DNA of 64,000 nucleotides from Trypanosoma brucei (Eukaryota). The stretch's first letter is position 1; every line of letters begins with the position of its first letter. A program made the translations under genes and the position numbers. The stretch covers positions 608,001 through 672,000 of the forward strand of contig CP000070.1 of assembly GCA_000002445.1 (NCBI GenBank), read 5' to 3'. Shown here in pieces: positions 30,932 through 43,107 of this stretch. The notes under the pieces are model-generated. The model worked only from the letters and a program-made list of their open reading frames with translations, searched no databases and had not been told where the DNA came from.

Positions 30932-33043
30932 TCAAACAGCGCTGTTGCCGTTCCACTTCTTAACTCGTTCACGGTGGGCCCAACAGCTGTTCTGCTTTAG
31001 GCCCCATCCGCGGTATGGATCTGCCAACGAACGCATTACTTTTGGGTGCATCGAAAATGGATGCGCCGTTCGTCTGTGATTCATGAACACCATCTCACCG
31101 CCGCGGCCGTAGAAATTCCAACCACTTGCTGTATCGTGCAGACCCTTCGGTATCGGCCGCGGGTCTCTCTCCGGGTCGTCCTCCACGCAAAAAGCATTGG
31201 CTCGCTTTGAATGCAGCAAAGTAAGCCGCTCTCTAAGTTCGGCATCCATTTGTTCGGTGCGCTGCACGGTGCGTGAACGACGACGCGAGGCGAAGTGCCG
31301 CAGCGCCTCCTTCTTCTCACACTTTTCAATCCGCTGTTGTTGCAGTTCCCGAAGGCTCGCGGCGAGTTCTTTGGGAGGCGGCATGGAGCTGAACATCTCG
31401 GCGGGGAAGACGTGCGGAAAGTGAAGAATTGTGTAATAGCGAGCCTCCAACGAAACGGCACTGTAAAGGTAGAACAGAAGAGCCACAAGGTGCTGTCGGA
31501 TGCGGCGCTTCGTTTCGGCAGACTCAAGTTGTTCATGCTGCCGTAGGTGCTTCTCTTTTGTGGGAAAGAGTTCAGGAACCTGCCGCAAGAGGTGCAACGC
31601 CCTGTCCCATTGGCCTAGTTGCACCAGTGCCGGTCCTACAGTTCCCATCATACAATCTGTAATAACGATATCGTCTCGCTCAAGGAGTAACTGGTCCAAC
31701 AAGACTACTACCTGATCAGGGTGGCACACCACATCTAACTGCAGGGTTATCTGCACCTTTTCAACTCCACTTATCTGCTGTCGTTTGGAATCCATATGAT
31801 CGAGGTGGGAAAGCTCTGGTTCCTCCCCGGAATTAGTGAGCGTCAGCTCCCTTGTCTCACGGGGAAACGCAGAAAATAGCAAGTTTAGCGTCAAAGGTTT
31901 GAGGGGATGGCTGGTCCTTACAAGCGGGTGGGTGCATCCGGAGAGATAACAATCTCTGAACAACCTTACTGCCTCCTTCCACCGCTTTTGGTCTCCCAAT
32001 GCATTTAGCAACTGTTGCATCTCACTGCTCGTCATAATCAGCGGCTGGAGAGCCACATCTCCACTGGTGCTTGAAACGGATGCTGGAGCTACCCCATCAA
32101 CCGAAATTGATGCACATCTGGGTGTATGAGAGTCCTGCTGAGCACAAGGCATCTGACGCCCCCATAATTCGTGTAGACAACCCAGGGCCAACGTCCACTG
32201 ACCATCCCGTGCCATCGAATACATCATTGAGCGAACCGCCTCTGTAGTAAGCCGTTTGTTCTGAAGGCTCCCACTATCAATTGGAGTCCTCACGCGACCT
32301 ACGCCCGGCGTAGAGCCCGGAGCTTCGGCAACAAACAGAGATGCTAACGTGGGGTTTGTTGGCTTTGTAACTATGGGTTCCACCTTCTCCACCGCCACGT
32401 CTCCTGTACTTCTGCAGATGGCTTGTATGGCCTCCGTCCAAGACCCACTACGCGCCGCAGCCTCCGCTATTATATGCGACATCCGCTCCTTCTCCTGGAG
32501 GCTCCCACCCACCTGCATAAAGTTCTCAAATACGTACCGCGCCTCAGCAAGCATACCAAACTCTGCCAAAAGTGGAATAAGCGTCTCACCCATGTGGTGC
32601 CACGTGAGTGCCGACATCTTCACGCGGCGTTTGGCCTGCAACAAACACTCATAACCCTCCAACGGTCGACCCAAGTGCACGTATGCCCAAAGTAGTGTGA
32701 CCCACACACCGTCAGCTTTCACATCACCCGCGTAAACCTCATCACGCAGTTCATTGAGAAGTTTGACACCAGTTTGAATACGAAAAGGTGAGACATTATC
32801 AGCAGCAATACCCCGAATAACTCGTTGATAGTCCAGAGTGGTGCGGCCAAGAAGGGCGTAACGTGCCCGAAGAACCTCCAATGCGCGAGACCAATCATGC
32901 GCTTCGAGCGGCAGCACCAGCCGGCGCTGAATAGATTTCACAGAATGCGCCGTTAGTGCTTCGTGCCGTGTGCGGTAAGCCGTTCGCCGCTTTGTCCAGA
33001 ATTGTGTCGCATAGCCGCCGTGGCGGCCTGCCTTTTGAAGCAT
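30932..33043 (-). CDS. hypothetical protein, predicted alpha-helical repeat (PPR/TPR-like)
   Basis: 703 aa ORF in PTU orientation with ATG at 33041-33043. Leu/Ala-rich helical-repeat-like sequence and an R/K-rich N-terminus; no catalytic motif recognised. Confidence 0.5.
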   Translation of the reverse strand: MLQKAGRHGGYATQFWTKRRTAYRTRHEALTAHSVKSIQRRLVLPLEAHDWSRALEVLRARYALLGRTTLDYQRVIRGIAADNVSPFRIQTGVKLLNELRDEVYAGDVKADGVWVTLLWAYVHLGRPLEGYECLLQAKRRVKMSALTWHHMGETLIPLLAEFGMLAEARYVFENFMQVGGSLQEKERMSHIIAEAAARSGSWTEAIQAICRSTGDVAVEKVEPIVTKPTNPTLASLFVAEAPGSTPGVGRVRTPIDSGSLQNKRLTTEAVRSMMYSMARDGQWTLALGCLHELWGRQMPCAQQDSHTPRCASISVDGVAPASVSSTSGDVALQPLIMTSSEMQQLLNALGDQKRWKEAVRLFRDCYLSGCTHPLVRTSHPLKPLTLNLLFSAFPRETRELTLTNSGEEPELSHLDHMDSKRQQISGVEKVQITLQLDVVCHPDQVVVLLDQLLLERDDIVITDCMMGTVGPALVQLGQWDRALHLLRQVPELFPTKEKHLRQHEQLESAETKRRIRQHLVALLFYLYSAVSLEARYYTILHFPHVFPAEMFSSMPPPKELAASLRELQQQRIEKCEKKEALRHFASRRRSRTVQRTEQMDAELRERLTLLHSKRANAFCVEDDPERDPRPIPKGLHDTASGWNFYGRGGEMVFMNHRRTAHPFSMHPKVMRSLADPYRGWGLKQNSCWAHRERVKKWNGNSAV

Positions 33044-34311
33044 AAGCCAAAAAAAACTAAGGTGCGCGTTTCTTTCCCGGTTCCGCCCGCTAGCGCAACC
33101 TTCGATAGCTCATAAAAGGACCACCTCACACATGCATTAAAAGTGAAGAAAAATGAGTGTGAGAGACAAAAGGAAAGTAATGAAGCAACAGCGAAAGGGG
33201 CAAGGTGGCTAAGCGTGAAATAGCTGTATATTTGAAAAATGGGGAACTGAAATCATGCAGTGACAACTGTAAATTCAAATCCATGAAGACCTCACACGTC
33301 CCTCGTAGCATCACCCTTCGCAAAAAGCTCGTAAGCAGAAAGGGAAAAAACTTCAGTGCCCGTAAGCGATGCTGCGTTCCTAAGACACGGCACCATCTTC
33401 CTCCACAGCACTTGGAAGTCAAAACCGCAATGATCACCTCCACTTGCAGCAGCCGTCAACAAAAATGCGGGAAACAGGAATGCCACCGTTTCCCGTCACA
33501 TGATCACATAACCTCAGTGAACCTTTGGGGCAAACAAAAAACGCGAGAAATTGGCGAGGAGGCAATAATTTGTGAATACCGCAGAAACGATGAAAGAATG
33601 CTACCAATTGAAAAATAAAAAAATATGCATAGTGGAATGTAGAAAAGATGGTAGAGGTAGTAAACTTGCTCCGTTTCACCGAGAACGGTAAGCACATTTC
33701 GGTAAAGCGAGCAGAGATGCGAAAGAACGGAGGGTACCTCAAAAATACCATTTATGAACCCACCAAGCGAAGGTGCGCTACAGCACAGGATGTCTCTGTG
33801 TGACCTTCGTAAAAAAAAAAAGAGCCTTCACCATTCGTCAACTCCCTTTTTCCCTCTCCAATCTCCATACAGTTAAGGTTGCATGGGGTAAATTGTGAAC
33901 ACATACCTCCCACCTTCCCTTTTCAGCTCCCGGTACAAAGGTAAACGAATACCCACGAGATAAGAATTGCAGCGACTGATCGGAAAGAAAGCAAAGAAGA
34001 ATAAAAGTACGAAAAAGGGAGGAGAAAAGGAGGACAAAAAGAGGGGGAGGAACACGAAAGTACATGAGGTAATGCAACGAAGGGGGGAATCAAAAACGTT
34101 ACATTCCCGCGTGAGTACGTGCGCAAAATGGTGAGAAAGCAGCATCTTTCCCTTCCAAAAGCACACATGCACACACTGCTAAGGACGTTTGCTATTCCAC
34201 AACATCGAGTCTCACACCACTTCCACAAGGCAATTTTCCTCTGCTAAGTTATTATCTCCCCCTTTCTGTTCACTTCTCCACCACTCTTTACTTGCCCCGC
34301 TACCACTACAG

Positions 34312-35625
34312 TTAGTTGTACACCATGTATTTGGCTGTTGCGCTGAACTTATGGTGGCCCTTAATCACTTTGTTAACGGCATCCAAGAAGTCTTTCTCGT
34401 TAATTGTCTTGCGGCGCGCCCTGATGGCAAACATGCCTGCTTCCGTACAGACCGACCTCAAATCGGCACCCGTTGCGTTCGGGCACAACCTCGCAATCAG
34501 TTCGAACCTGATCGCCTTCTCACACGAGAGTGACTTGGCGTGGATGCGAAGGATCTTTGTTCGACCCTCCAGATCCGGCAGACCAACCTCAAGTTTGCGG
34601 TCCATGCGACCTGGGCGTGTGAGGGCGGGGTCTAACGTATCAGGACGGTTCGTTGCCATTATAACCTTTATATTACCACGTGAGTCGAAGCCATCCATCT
34701 GGTTCACCATCTCAAGCATCGTTCGCTGAATTTCGTCGTCACCATCACCACCACCTCGAGCACCACCAACAGCATCCACTTCATCAAAGAAAATGATGGC
34801 TGCCTTCTTGGTCCTTGCAAGCTGAAAAATCTCCCGAATCATTCGGGCACCCTCACCAATATAACGCTGAACCAGCTCGGAACCAATCACACGAATAAAA
34901 GTCGCGTCCGTACGGTTGGCGACAGCCTTCGCTAAGAGCGTCTTCCCCGTCCCCGGTGGACCGTAGAGCAACACACCCTTCGGTGGATCTATACCAAGCT
35001 GTGTGTATTTCTCTGGGTTAGTGAGGGGTAATTCCACGACCTCCCGAATGCGGTCGATCTGCTCCTTTGCTCCACCCACATCATTATATGTAACGTCTGG
35101 CTTTTCTTCTACCTGCATCATCGATACAGACGGGTCAACACGAGGTGGGAGGGGTATTTCGATGTGAATGCTGGAATACCCAACTAACACACCCACACGC
35201 ATGGATTCCTCAATGTCCTGACGGGCCACGCGGTTGCCAAGTTTCACCACGTACTTGGCTGTGTCACGAATGGCTACAACGTACTTCGCATCGTCCTGAC
35301 CTTTGTTTATGATACGGGTGCAACGAGCAACATGAAGGGAGTTCTCAGACCGCATCACCTCCTGGTCACTGTTTAGATCCCACTGTACGGGTGGTGCAAG
35401 TCCAAGTTCATTATCCCGTGTGCCAGCGAGTTTGTTAACCGCCTCTGCCTTTGTCTTCACAAACTCCTCCAACTCCTTCACCGTGGCGTGGTATGGTCCC
35501 GAGCCATATAGTTTCAATAGAGCAATGTCATCTTGGTCAAGTGGAATAATCTCCTTTTCTTCTTCATTTTCCCCCTTGATGCGCACAGTGTTCTTGGTTT
35601 GACATCCTCCCTTCTCGCTTGCCAT
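34312..35625 (-). CDS. RPT1: 26S proteasome regulatory ATPase subunit RPT1 (PSMC2/S7)
   Basis: Full-length AAA+ match including the RPT1-specific segments [27 protein letters not shown] and C-terminal [11 protein letters not shown]. Walker A GPPGTGKT, Walker [12 protein letters not shown] at 35623-35625. Confidence 0.9.
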   Translation of the reverse strand: MASEKGGCQTKNTVRIKGENEEEKEIIPLDQDDIALLKLYGSGPYHATVKELEEFVKTKAEAVNKLAGTRDNELGLAPPVQWDLNSDQEVMRSENSLHVARCTRIINKGQDDAKYVVAIRDTAKYVVKLGNRVARQDIEESMRVGVLVGYSSIHIEIPLPPRVDPSVSMMQVEEKPDVTYNDVGGAKEQIDRIREVVELPLTNPEKYTQLGIDPPKGVLLYGPPGTGKTLLAKAVANRTDATFIRVIGSELVQRYIGEGARMIREIFQLARTKKAAIIFFDEVDAVGGARGGGDGDDEIQRTMLEMVNQMDGFDSRGNIKVIMATNRPDTLDPALTRPGRMDRKLEVGLPDLEGRTKILRIHAKSLSCEKAIRFELIARLCPNATGADLRSVCTEAGMFAIRARRKTINEKDFLDAVNKVIKGHHKFSATAKYMVYN

Positions 35626-36481
35626 TACCCTAACTTTACGACCAGGATGGGTTTTCCCACTCCCTTATTTTTGGTCAAGAAGACTCTGCCACAAAAGGAA
35701 ATATACGCTCGTTAATAAATAAATAAATATATATATATATATCTTTTTATGTATCCGTGCGCGTTCGAGAATGTAAGTGTTTTCCACTGCGCCTTGCCCC
35801 CACCGTTTCTCCCTCCGGCTACACACCCTTGTTCCTTCACTTTTTTTCTTATTTTTCTCTCAAATACCACCTCTACTACACTTGCCCCTAACCTTTCTAC
35901 ACTAATGATCGAGTGCTTGTAAGGAAAAAAAAAACGGACAAAGAACCTGCGGAGATAAAAATGAAATATTAGAAACGCCTGGCACGGCTAGTCACGTCCG
36001 AATTCGCGAACACAAAAATAAGTGAAAATGCTGTACATCGCCTTCTCTACTTTCCCGGTGCCTTTTTGATCCTGCTTCATTTCGTTCACTCCAAATGCAA
36101 GCGGTGCAGGCGCGAGTGGTAGCCTAGTGAAACAAAGCGAAGCAACAACGAGCGAAGGGAAGGGGAAAAAGAAAAGAAAGAACTGATAAGCCTGCAGTTG
36201 TGCACGTCCATGTAAAATGTATAATTTATTTATTTTAATTTATTTTGTGTGTAGTACACGGTTGGGGTGCGAGCTGTAACATCATTTACCACACTTGGAA
36301 TGAAGACAGTTAACGAGTTTTTGTTTTGGGGGCTTTCATAGTGGGCACTACCTTAACTAAAATAGGAGATACACCGCATTACGCCTCAACACTAGAATGA
36401 AGGGGAGGGGGGAAAGGAAAGAAAAAAACAAATGTCGAATGTAAAGTACATGATAAATGAGACAATACACCAGTTAAGCGG

Positions 36482-36484
<3 letters not shown>

Positions 36485-36516
<32 letters not shown>
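36485..36516. repeat. (AT)16 microsatellite
   Basis: Uninterrupted run in the RPT1-RER1 intergenic region. Confidence 0.9.
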
Positions 36517-36518
<2 letters not shown>

Positions 36519-37092
36519 CTGATTTGTGCACAAAGAGGAAAAAGAAAAAGGGAAGTAAAGCCCCGCTGCAGAACCTTCTCCTCTTATAACCGCAACAAAA
36601 AATACGCAACCAGTTAGCTATAAGTTCATTGCCGCCCCACCAAATACAAACAAGAACAACCTCCAGTACAATCTTCTTCCAATTCTCTTCTCCCATTCCG
36701 TCGCTCCTTTTCTTTCCTTTCACTTTCTTTCTCGTTTACCCTCATCACGGAAAACCGACACCTAATTTGATTTCCCTCCATCCCCCTTTCCGCCCACACT
36801 TTTGTTTTAAACGTATACCTGACGGCCGCTCGCACATTATAGCATGGAAGAGAGGAACGAAGTGGTAAACCCCATTTTTTTTTTTTAGAATGGGTGAGAC
36901 CCACGACAGGTAACCACAAAGAAGAAGTTTAGAAAAGTAAAGTAAGAGGTATCCCCGTAACAAATTTCGAATCGAACCAACATGTAAAAATACCTGCAAA
37001 GCCGCATCACGCGGGGGCGGACAAGTAATGCGATGCGTTTGTGAAGCACTGACGGAAATGGCCCCTAGGAAACAGAAGGACAGCTGGAAATA

Positions 37093-37641
37093 TCAACTCT
37101 TGGGCACAAACTTTGGTTTACCCGCACTCCACGGAACGTAGCGATGCCTGATCATATGTCGAATACGCTCACCGACTTGTATAATGGTAAGAAAGATAAA
37201 GTACAAGAGAAGGACAGGCCAAAAGACGGGAATGTCCAGAATTCGAAAAAGTGTGAGAAACGTGCAAACCAACACGGACTTCATCATACTACACCACACC
37301 ACAAATTCTTGCATCCGTGGAACGAAAGGGCGAAACTCTTCATCGGGAGATGCGGCAGTGTGAGGGAGCTGCCCCTCACTCCCCAAATCCTCATCTGCGA
37401 GCGGGGTAATAACCTGCACCAGAAGAAACAGTAAATGAATGCCCAACACGTAACTGATCACATAAAACCCACCACAGAAATAGACACGAAGGATATACAG
37501 CGAGAGCATGAAGACGAACATGACCCAACGCAGAGGCCGGTGCGGGACAGTTTGGTCAAGGAGGCGTGACCACGTCATCTTTATATTATCGGTGAATTTG
37601 CGGGCTGCCGACTTCTGTCCAATAATGTCCTTCGACGACAT
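37093..37641 (-). CDS. RER1: RER1 (retrieval receptor for ER membrane proteins)
   Basis: Collinear similarity to RER1 across four TM segments (LRWVMFVFML, EEFRPFVPRMQEF, PVFWPVLLLYF, IRHMIRHRYVPW). ATG at 37639-37641. Confidence 0.85.
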   Translation of the reverse strand: MSSKDIIGQKSAARKFTDNIKMTWSRLLDQTVPHRPLRWVMFVFMLSLYILRVYFCGGFYVISYVLGIHLLFLLVQVITPLADEDLGSEGQLPHTAASPDEEFRPFVPRMQEFVVWCSMMKSVLVCTFLTLFRILDIPVFWPVLLLYFIFLTIIQVGERIRHMIRHRYVPWSAGKPKFVPKS

Positions 37642-38587
37642 CGCTGCCCTTTTTGTTGTTGTTGTTGTTGTTTGGACTTCCTTCTATGTGCTTTTCCACT
37701 TCAGTCAGCACTCAGGCAAATGATTAAAACAAAAAGCCACAACGGTGAGAAGACCCTACACACTAACGCTGTCAACCCTCTGTCTTGCACAAATCCAACC
37801 TCCTCTTCCTTTCTTTCGAATCTAATGGAGTTTAGGAAATCTACTGCCCTTTGTTTTCTCCTTTCCCTTGAGCCCTTGATGCAGACACTCCCGTTATTAC
37901 CCTCAGTTTATCGCTTCTTTCGTTATTATATCTCTTTCTTCGTGTTTTTTTTTGTAGTCTCTCGTTTATATTCCTCCTTTCTTTAGCAATATATAACTCC
38001 ACCTGCTAACAACTATTTAATTATTCCAGATGTGTCCTCAACTTCCGTTTAAAATAACGCCCTGTACTTCGTTAAGTGGAGGAAGTTCTCCCCAAGTGAT
38101 TAATAATATAACAGGGGGAAAAAGACCAAAGATCACAACACCCGGTGAATATACGGACGCGTTACTGCTACTTCTTGTGCTATGTTGAGAAAATGAATGA
38201 TGTACCGCGAGATTTGGGTGGTGATGAGAAAAAAAAACATAAAGAAGGAAAAACAGTGATGGTAAAAAATAGTGGCATCAGCAAATTAAAGAGAAAGGAA
38301 AGCAAAAGGGCCATAAAATATCACAGTAGCAATGCAAAGTACTTACGGAACTGCACTAGAAAAGTTAAGCGAGAAACAATAATAACGGCGATGATAACAG
38401 TAACAACAAATCAAGACTTGCTTCATCAAACGCAACAAAGCCGCAGATGAGCGTCGTCATGACCCTTCGTCCGTCCGAAGCACCACACAGTTGGTAACGT
38501 TTAAAGGGGGATGTCAAGAAGAAGCAAAGGAAGACAAAAGACAAAAAGAATGCAAACTTTGTTGCGCGTCTCAATCACCTCTCTTAA

Positions 38588-39763
38588 TCACGCCACTGCT
38601 TCCTCTTCAAAGACGCGATCCACCTGCAGCGACTGCTTGTCATATTTGTGGTCAGAGCCACCACGGCCAGCTGCATCCAACTCCGCTACCCATCCGGCAT
38701 ACGCATCCGGATGTGCATCACAAAACGGTAAGTAAGGTTTGATGTCTAGAACGGGTGTGCCATGGAGAAGGTCGTGATCAGCAATGTGAACCTCCAAACC
38801 GCGCACATCGACAAGACGCACGCACGAAAGTCCAATAAAGTTCGGGCGGTGGGGACTTCGAGTGGCAAATACACCTCGCAGTTCACTATCACGTGGGGGG
38901 ACCAACATCGTTTTGAAACCAGCAGAGCGCTCCGCGCCCTGACGAGGGCGTTGGCGCTTCGCCCCGACGGCAACTTCTGCCCTATCACCCTTCACACCGC
39001 CCGTATCATCCGCCGCAGTGGCGCTATCTTTTGCCTGCGTGCACTCTTCGTCAACAGGAAGAGCATAGGAAAAAGAGAAAAGCACCCAAATGTATTCGAA
39101 ACCCTTAAGGTCCCTCACCGCATTCTCTAAGCCAACGCGAAGCCTAATAACTGCCGTTTGTGGCATGAAGTTTTCCGTGTGTGGTTGTCGTGGGGCCGAA
39201 ATGTGGGTTCGCATAAGACTGTAGACAATCCCAACACCACATATAGAATATGGTTGAAGTTTCTCTGGACTGAGCACGATACGCACAAGCCGATTTGCGT
39301 GCATTACGGCACGATGGAACGCTGCTTCATATGCATCCACCTTATGTTTTGTGCGCTGTAACCGTTGCTCAATACAATCCGCCACATCTTCTGGTGTGCG
39401 CAGCCGGTCAAAAAAATACACGGCGCTAGCGGGAGCGGTGATACAATCTCGTTTCAACCCGTCATCAGCATCACCTGAGGAAACAAGGGAAGGTGGCGGG
39501 TCAAACAAACGGGCAGTGATGCGATTGGACTTAACATCAGCTACTAACACCTCCCCTGGCCAGTAGGGTAAACCGGGGGGACGAATCCAAACAATATCAT
39601 TTGGAAGGAAATAATGTGGTCGAACACCGAAACGCATAGGCCGTGGTCGCGTCTTACCGCCCTTCAAAACAACATCCTCGCCGTGTGCATCTTCAACTGG
39701 CTCTGGTTGAGAATCGCGATGGGAATCAACTCGGATAAGTGATCTTTCAGTACTCTCCTCCAT
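38588..39763 (-). CDS. PWWP-like domain fused to a TsaA/TrmO (YaeB, UPF0066) tRNA methyltransferase-like domain
   Basis: The N-terminus carries a PWWP-like core (DIVWIRPPGLPYWPGEV...AVYFFDRL). The C-terminus carries TsaA-family signatures (PRQP, YIWVLFSFS, GVFATRSPHRPNFIGLS, GTPVLDIKPYLPF). The track ORF starts at GTG; the ATG (MEESTERS) is at 39761-39763. Confidence 0.65.
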   Translation of the reverse strand: MEESTERSLIRVDSHRDSQPEPVEDAHGEDVVLKGGKTRPRPMRFGVRPHYFLPNDIVWIRPPGLPYWPGEVLVADVKSNRITARLFDPPPSLVSSGDADDGLKRDCITAPASAVYFFDRLRTPEDVADCIEQRLQRTKHKVDAYEAAFHRAVMHANRLVRIVLSPEKLQPYSICGVGIVYSLMRTHISAPRQPHTENFMPQTAVIRLRVGLENAVRDLKGFEYIWVLFSFSYALPVDEECTQAKDSATAADDTGGVKGDRAEVAVGAKRQRPRQGAERSAGFKTMLVPPRDSELRGVFATRSPHRPNFIGLSCVRLVDVRGLEVHIADHDLLHGTPVLDIKPYLPFCDAHPDAYAGWVAELDAAGRGGSDHKYDKQSLQVDRVFEEEAVA

Positions 39764-40305
39764 GCGATCTTGCACGAAACAAAGGGCCGCTGAACGGTCT
39801 TCAGATAGATAATGAAAGAGGAAAGAGGTCGCTTTCCCTTTTCCGTAGTTAAGAACTAAATGAAAGGTTTAGAAAGAAAGTTAAAAACAAAAAATACAAC
39901 CGCATTCTCTCAGGTATGGAACAGGATTAATACGTAAAAGTTTACAGGACAGTCTGCAAAAAATAGGGTTAGCAGAATTTCATTTGTGTATCTGATGTGT
40001 GTATGATTGTGATCTTTCTGTAAACACAATCCACAGAGGTTACCCAATACCTCTTAGTTCAACAATTGTGCATTGAATGCCTGTTTCCATAATGGAATAG
40101 GAAAAAGATGTAACGGATCACGGGGCTCCGGGGTGGAACATTGACGCACACACAGGTACGCCTAAACAGAAACAGTCGCAAACCCCCAACACGCGCGTTA
40201 CCAAAATATGTCTTACCGAAAGTTTGGTCACATCACTGATCCGCCCATTTCTGTTTCTGCCCATTGCAACTCGCGAAACTCCACTCCTCCCATGCCCCGC
40301 TTCCC

Positions 40306-41232
40306 TTACGTCTGCTCGTTTTCAGGAACTAAGTTTGTGATGCGTAACTTTCGCTCCACTGACTCGTCATACGTTCCAATCAAATAACCAGCCTCCTCCT
40401 TCCATGACTCCCCATCCGAGTCAATGAAAAACTTTATGTAGTGAATCTCCCCGAACACAGGGACTTCCTTCAGTAAAGTGAACCCCAGTTTCGATGTGAA
40501 GAGTTGGATGCTAGAGAAGTTGTTCGCACGCACCTTAGCAACAAAACGGGAGGCCCGAAGCTTGTCAAGTGCGTAACTCATAAGAAGTCTCACAGCCTCC
40601 TCACCGAACCCGCGGCGCCGAAAGTTCCCTTCCGCGATCATCGCCTCCACTTCGAAACAACGCCCGCAATCTGCCGCCGTTGGATTTGTTGTGGTGGGTT
40701 CCACACTGCTTATTTTATCACTGCTTAAAATATGAAAAGCAGTGTCAACTGTGCTGTCAGTGCTCCCATCGCCCTCCATTTCACCCTCACCACTGCTAAG
40801 AAGGAAAAGATTGCAGTCACCAATCATAACATACAGCCCCTCCTCACCATCTCGTGTCGTTAATGCTGTCGCCGCGTCCACCGGTATTTTGCTATGCTGA
40901 CTGGCACCACCGGTGGATGAGTGAAGTATTTTCTTACCGCCTTCCACATTTTCCTCTGCTGTGGCACTACACTTCCCACAAACCCCTTCATGAACCTCCA
41001 TCTCACCCTGTCGTACAGAGACTGGGGCAAGAATAATGAACGTAAGTTTGTCCTCTGCGCAGAGCCACTCCTGCTGATTTTCATACTCCTCCTGCAGCGT
41101 CAGTGGTTCACTGGCTGTGAGTTCCAACATTTTGGGGTCGCTCATCCAGCAGTGGTAGCGGGGCACATGGTGGTGCAAGTAAGGCACCAGCCGCAACCGT
41201 TGGCCAGAAACTAACACATTTTTATTGTTCAT
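40306..41232 (-). CDS. NAT9: GNAT N-acetyltransferase, NAT9-like
   Basis: The N-terminal NAT9 signature (RLVPYLHHHVPRYHCWMSDPKMLELTASEPLTLQEEYENQQEW) and acetyl-CoA-binding motif (RRRGFGEEAVRLL) are present. ATG at 41230-41232. Confidence 0.75.
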   Translation of the reverse strand: MNNKNVLVSGQRLRLVPYLHHHVPRYHCWMSDPKMLELTASEPLTLQEEYENQQEWLCAEDKLTFIILAPVSVRQGEMEVHEGVCGKCSATAEENVEGGKKILHSSTGGASQHSKIPVDAATALTTRDGEEGLYVMIGDCNLFLLSSGEGEMEGDGSTDSTVDTAFHILSSDKISSVEPTTTNPTAADCGRCFEVEAMIAEGNFRRRGFGEEAVRLLMSYALDKLRASRFVAKVRANNFSSIQLFTSKLGFTLLKEVPVFGEIHYIKFFIDSDGESWKEEAGYLIGTYDESVERKLRITNLVPENEQT

Positions 41233-43107
41233 AACACCACCACCACCACCCCCTATAATCCTGATGCTTTATACATACGTACATGCGGTTACACATATGG
41301 AAACCAAGTAGAAGGAGCAAAGAACATCAAAAAGAAACAAGGAAGAGAAACACAGAAAGTACAGGGCCAAACTGATGCAGCACACTATGATAATTAAGAA
41401 GTAAAACAAAAAAGGCAAAAAGACGGAGTGGGGAGTTGCACACCGCCAAGGGAAAACAGCTAAGCTCTATAATTGTTTTTTTTTCACTCGAAGAGCACAA
41501 AAAATACACTCACAAAATAAAGAAGGGTGAAAGCGTCAAGAATAACCATTTCAATATGGTGAGGAACGAATAAAATGGAAGATGGAGTTAAAACCATCAA
41601 AAAACAATATATACGCGCACTCAAACAGCAGGTGATAACCCAGTACAGCAGAGCAACAATAATAACAACAGTTTCTTTTTTAAAAAAAAAATAGGAAAAG
41701 AAGTAACATCCACATGAGTAGTTCGGTTAAAATTTCGTTGATTCCCTACCGATGTTACTTTAACTTTCGTTTCCTCCCCCCCCCCTCCTCGAACCACAAG
41801 CGGAGGAGCAGTAATGGGAAAGACGTACGAGATGTAAAAACATCTCGATGCCGTTGACTCCCTTATTGTAGAACTACGGTGGCATCTCTTACTTTACCCC
41901 ACGGCTCCACCGTCCATTCATCTGTTGTGCCTGAGTTTTGCCTCGTCATTCAAAATCTGCAGCATGTGGTCACGCAACCAAGGAAAAAACAAACGACGCA
42001 CAAGCAAGATACAAATGGAATACCACATCATCCGCACCAAAAGTGTCTGTGTCTACAATTTCATAAGTAAGGGAGAGGATCCTGCGCCCGCTACACTACA
42101 GCTTACCGCTACACACGCAAACACAAACATTCATATTCATGTAAACAAATATTAATAAATATAGTTGTTTACATATACGTGTTCAACGGCATTACCCAAA
42201 ACTATGGAGCCGCCATGAAGCGGCAGCAATCAAGCACAAACACAAACACAAACAAGCCGATACTAAAGGAGAAGTGTGTAAAAACGAAAAAAGAAAAAAG
42301 AGCGCTTAGGAACCAATCGTTAGTAATAGGAGGAAACTATCGAAAATGGGAGAGGTTGTGTCGTAGGGTCAGTTTTTAATGAAATTTGCATTTGGGAATT
42401 ACAGAATGGAATTAAGTATGACCGTGGGGCAATATACGACAACGCGAGATGGACATGTGCATAACCCCGCAATCCATCAAAAGGCAACTAAGAGGTTTGA
42501 GCAGAAAAAATAGAGGAAGAAAAAATATACCCCAATGTTTCGTCACCTGCATGCAATTCCTCTAATGGATCCTCCGACACACATAACCAGTTTTATAACT
42601 GGATAGAGCGAACTAGATCAAAATCGACCGCTGCGCATGGTGAAGTACAAAAGAGGAACACAACGCATCCCTCACATCCGTTCCTGATAGAAGGAGTCAC
42701 GTAAGTGAACATATATGGGTACATAAAGGAAAGACTAGAACATATGCGCATGCCAAGTCCTGAATCTCAAAAAAAAAATCAGAAAATGTGCATTTTTTTT
42801 TGAGCCTCCTTATGCCGTCACCACCAAAAAGTCCCGACAATACTGTCACACAGTGAAAATAAAATGGTCAAGACACCTGACAGAAAAGGAAAAGAGGTCA
42901 AGGGATTGTTTCTCATCCACTTCCTGGAGGTCAGTGCGTGGCAACTATCTCACGCGCAACCACAGCACCCCGCACAAAACGCACCAAAGTTTCTTCAATG
43001 TGCACAATAACCCAAAAATGGGACAGAGAGGCACACACCACCGACAAATATAAATAAATAGGTGTGTATGTCCACTCGCCCTTCCATATCCCACACAAAG
43101 TAGAAAG

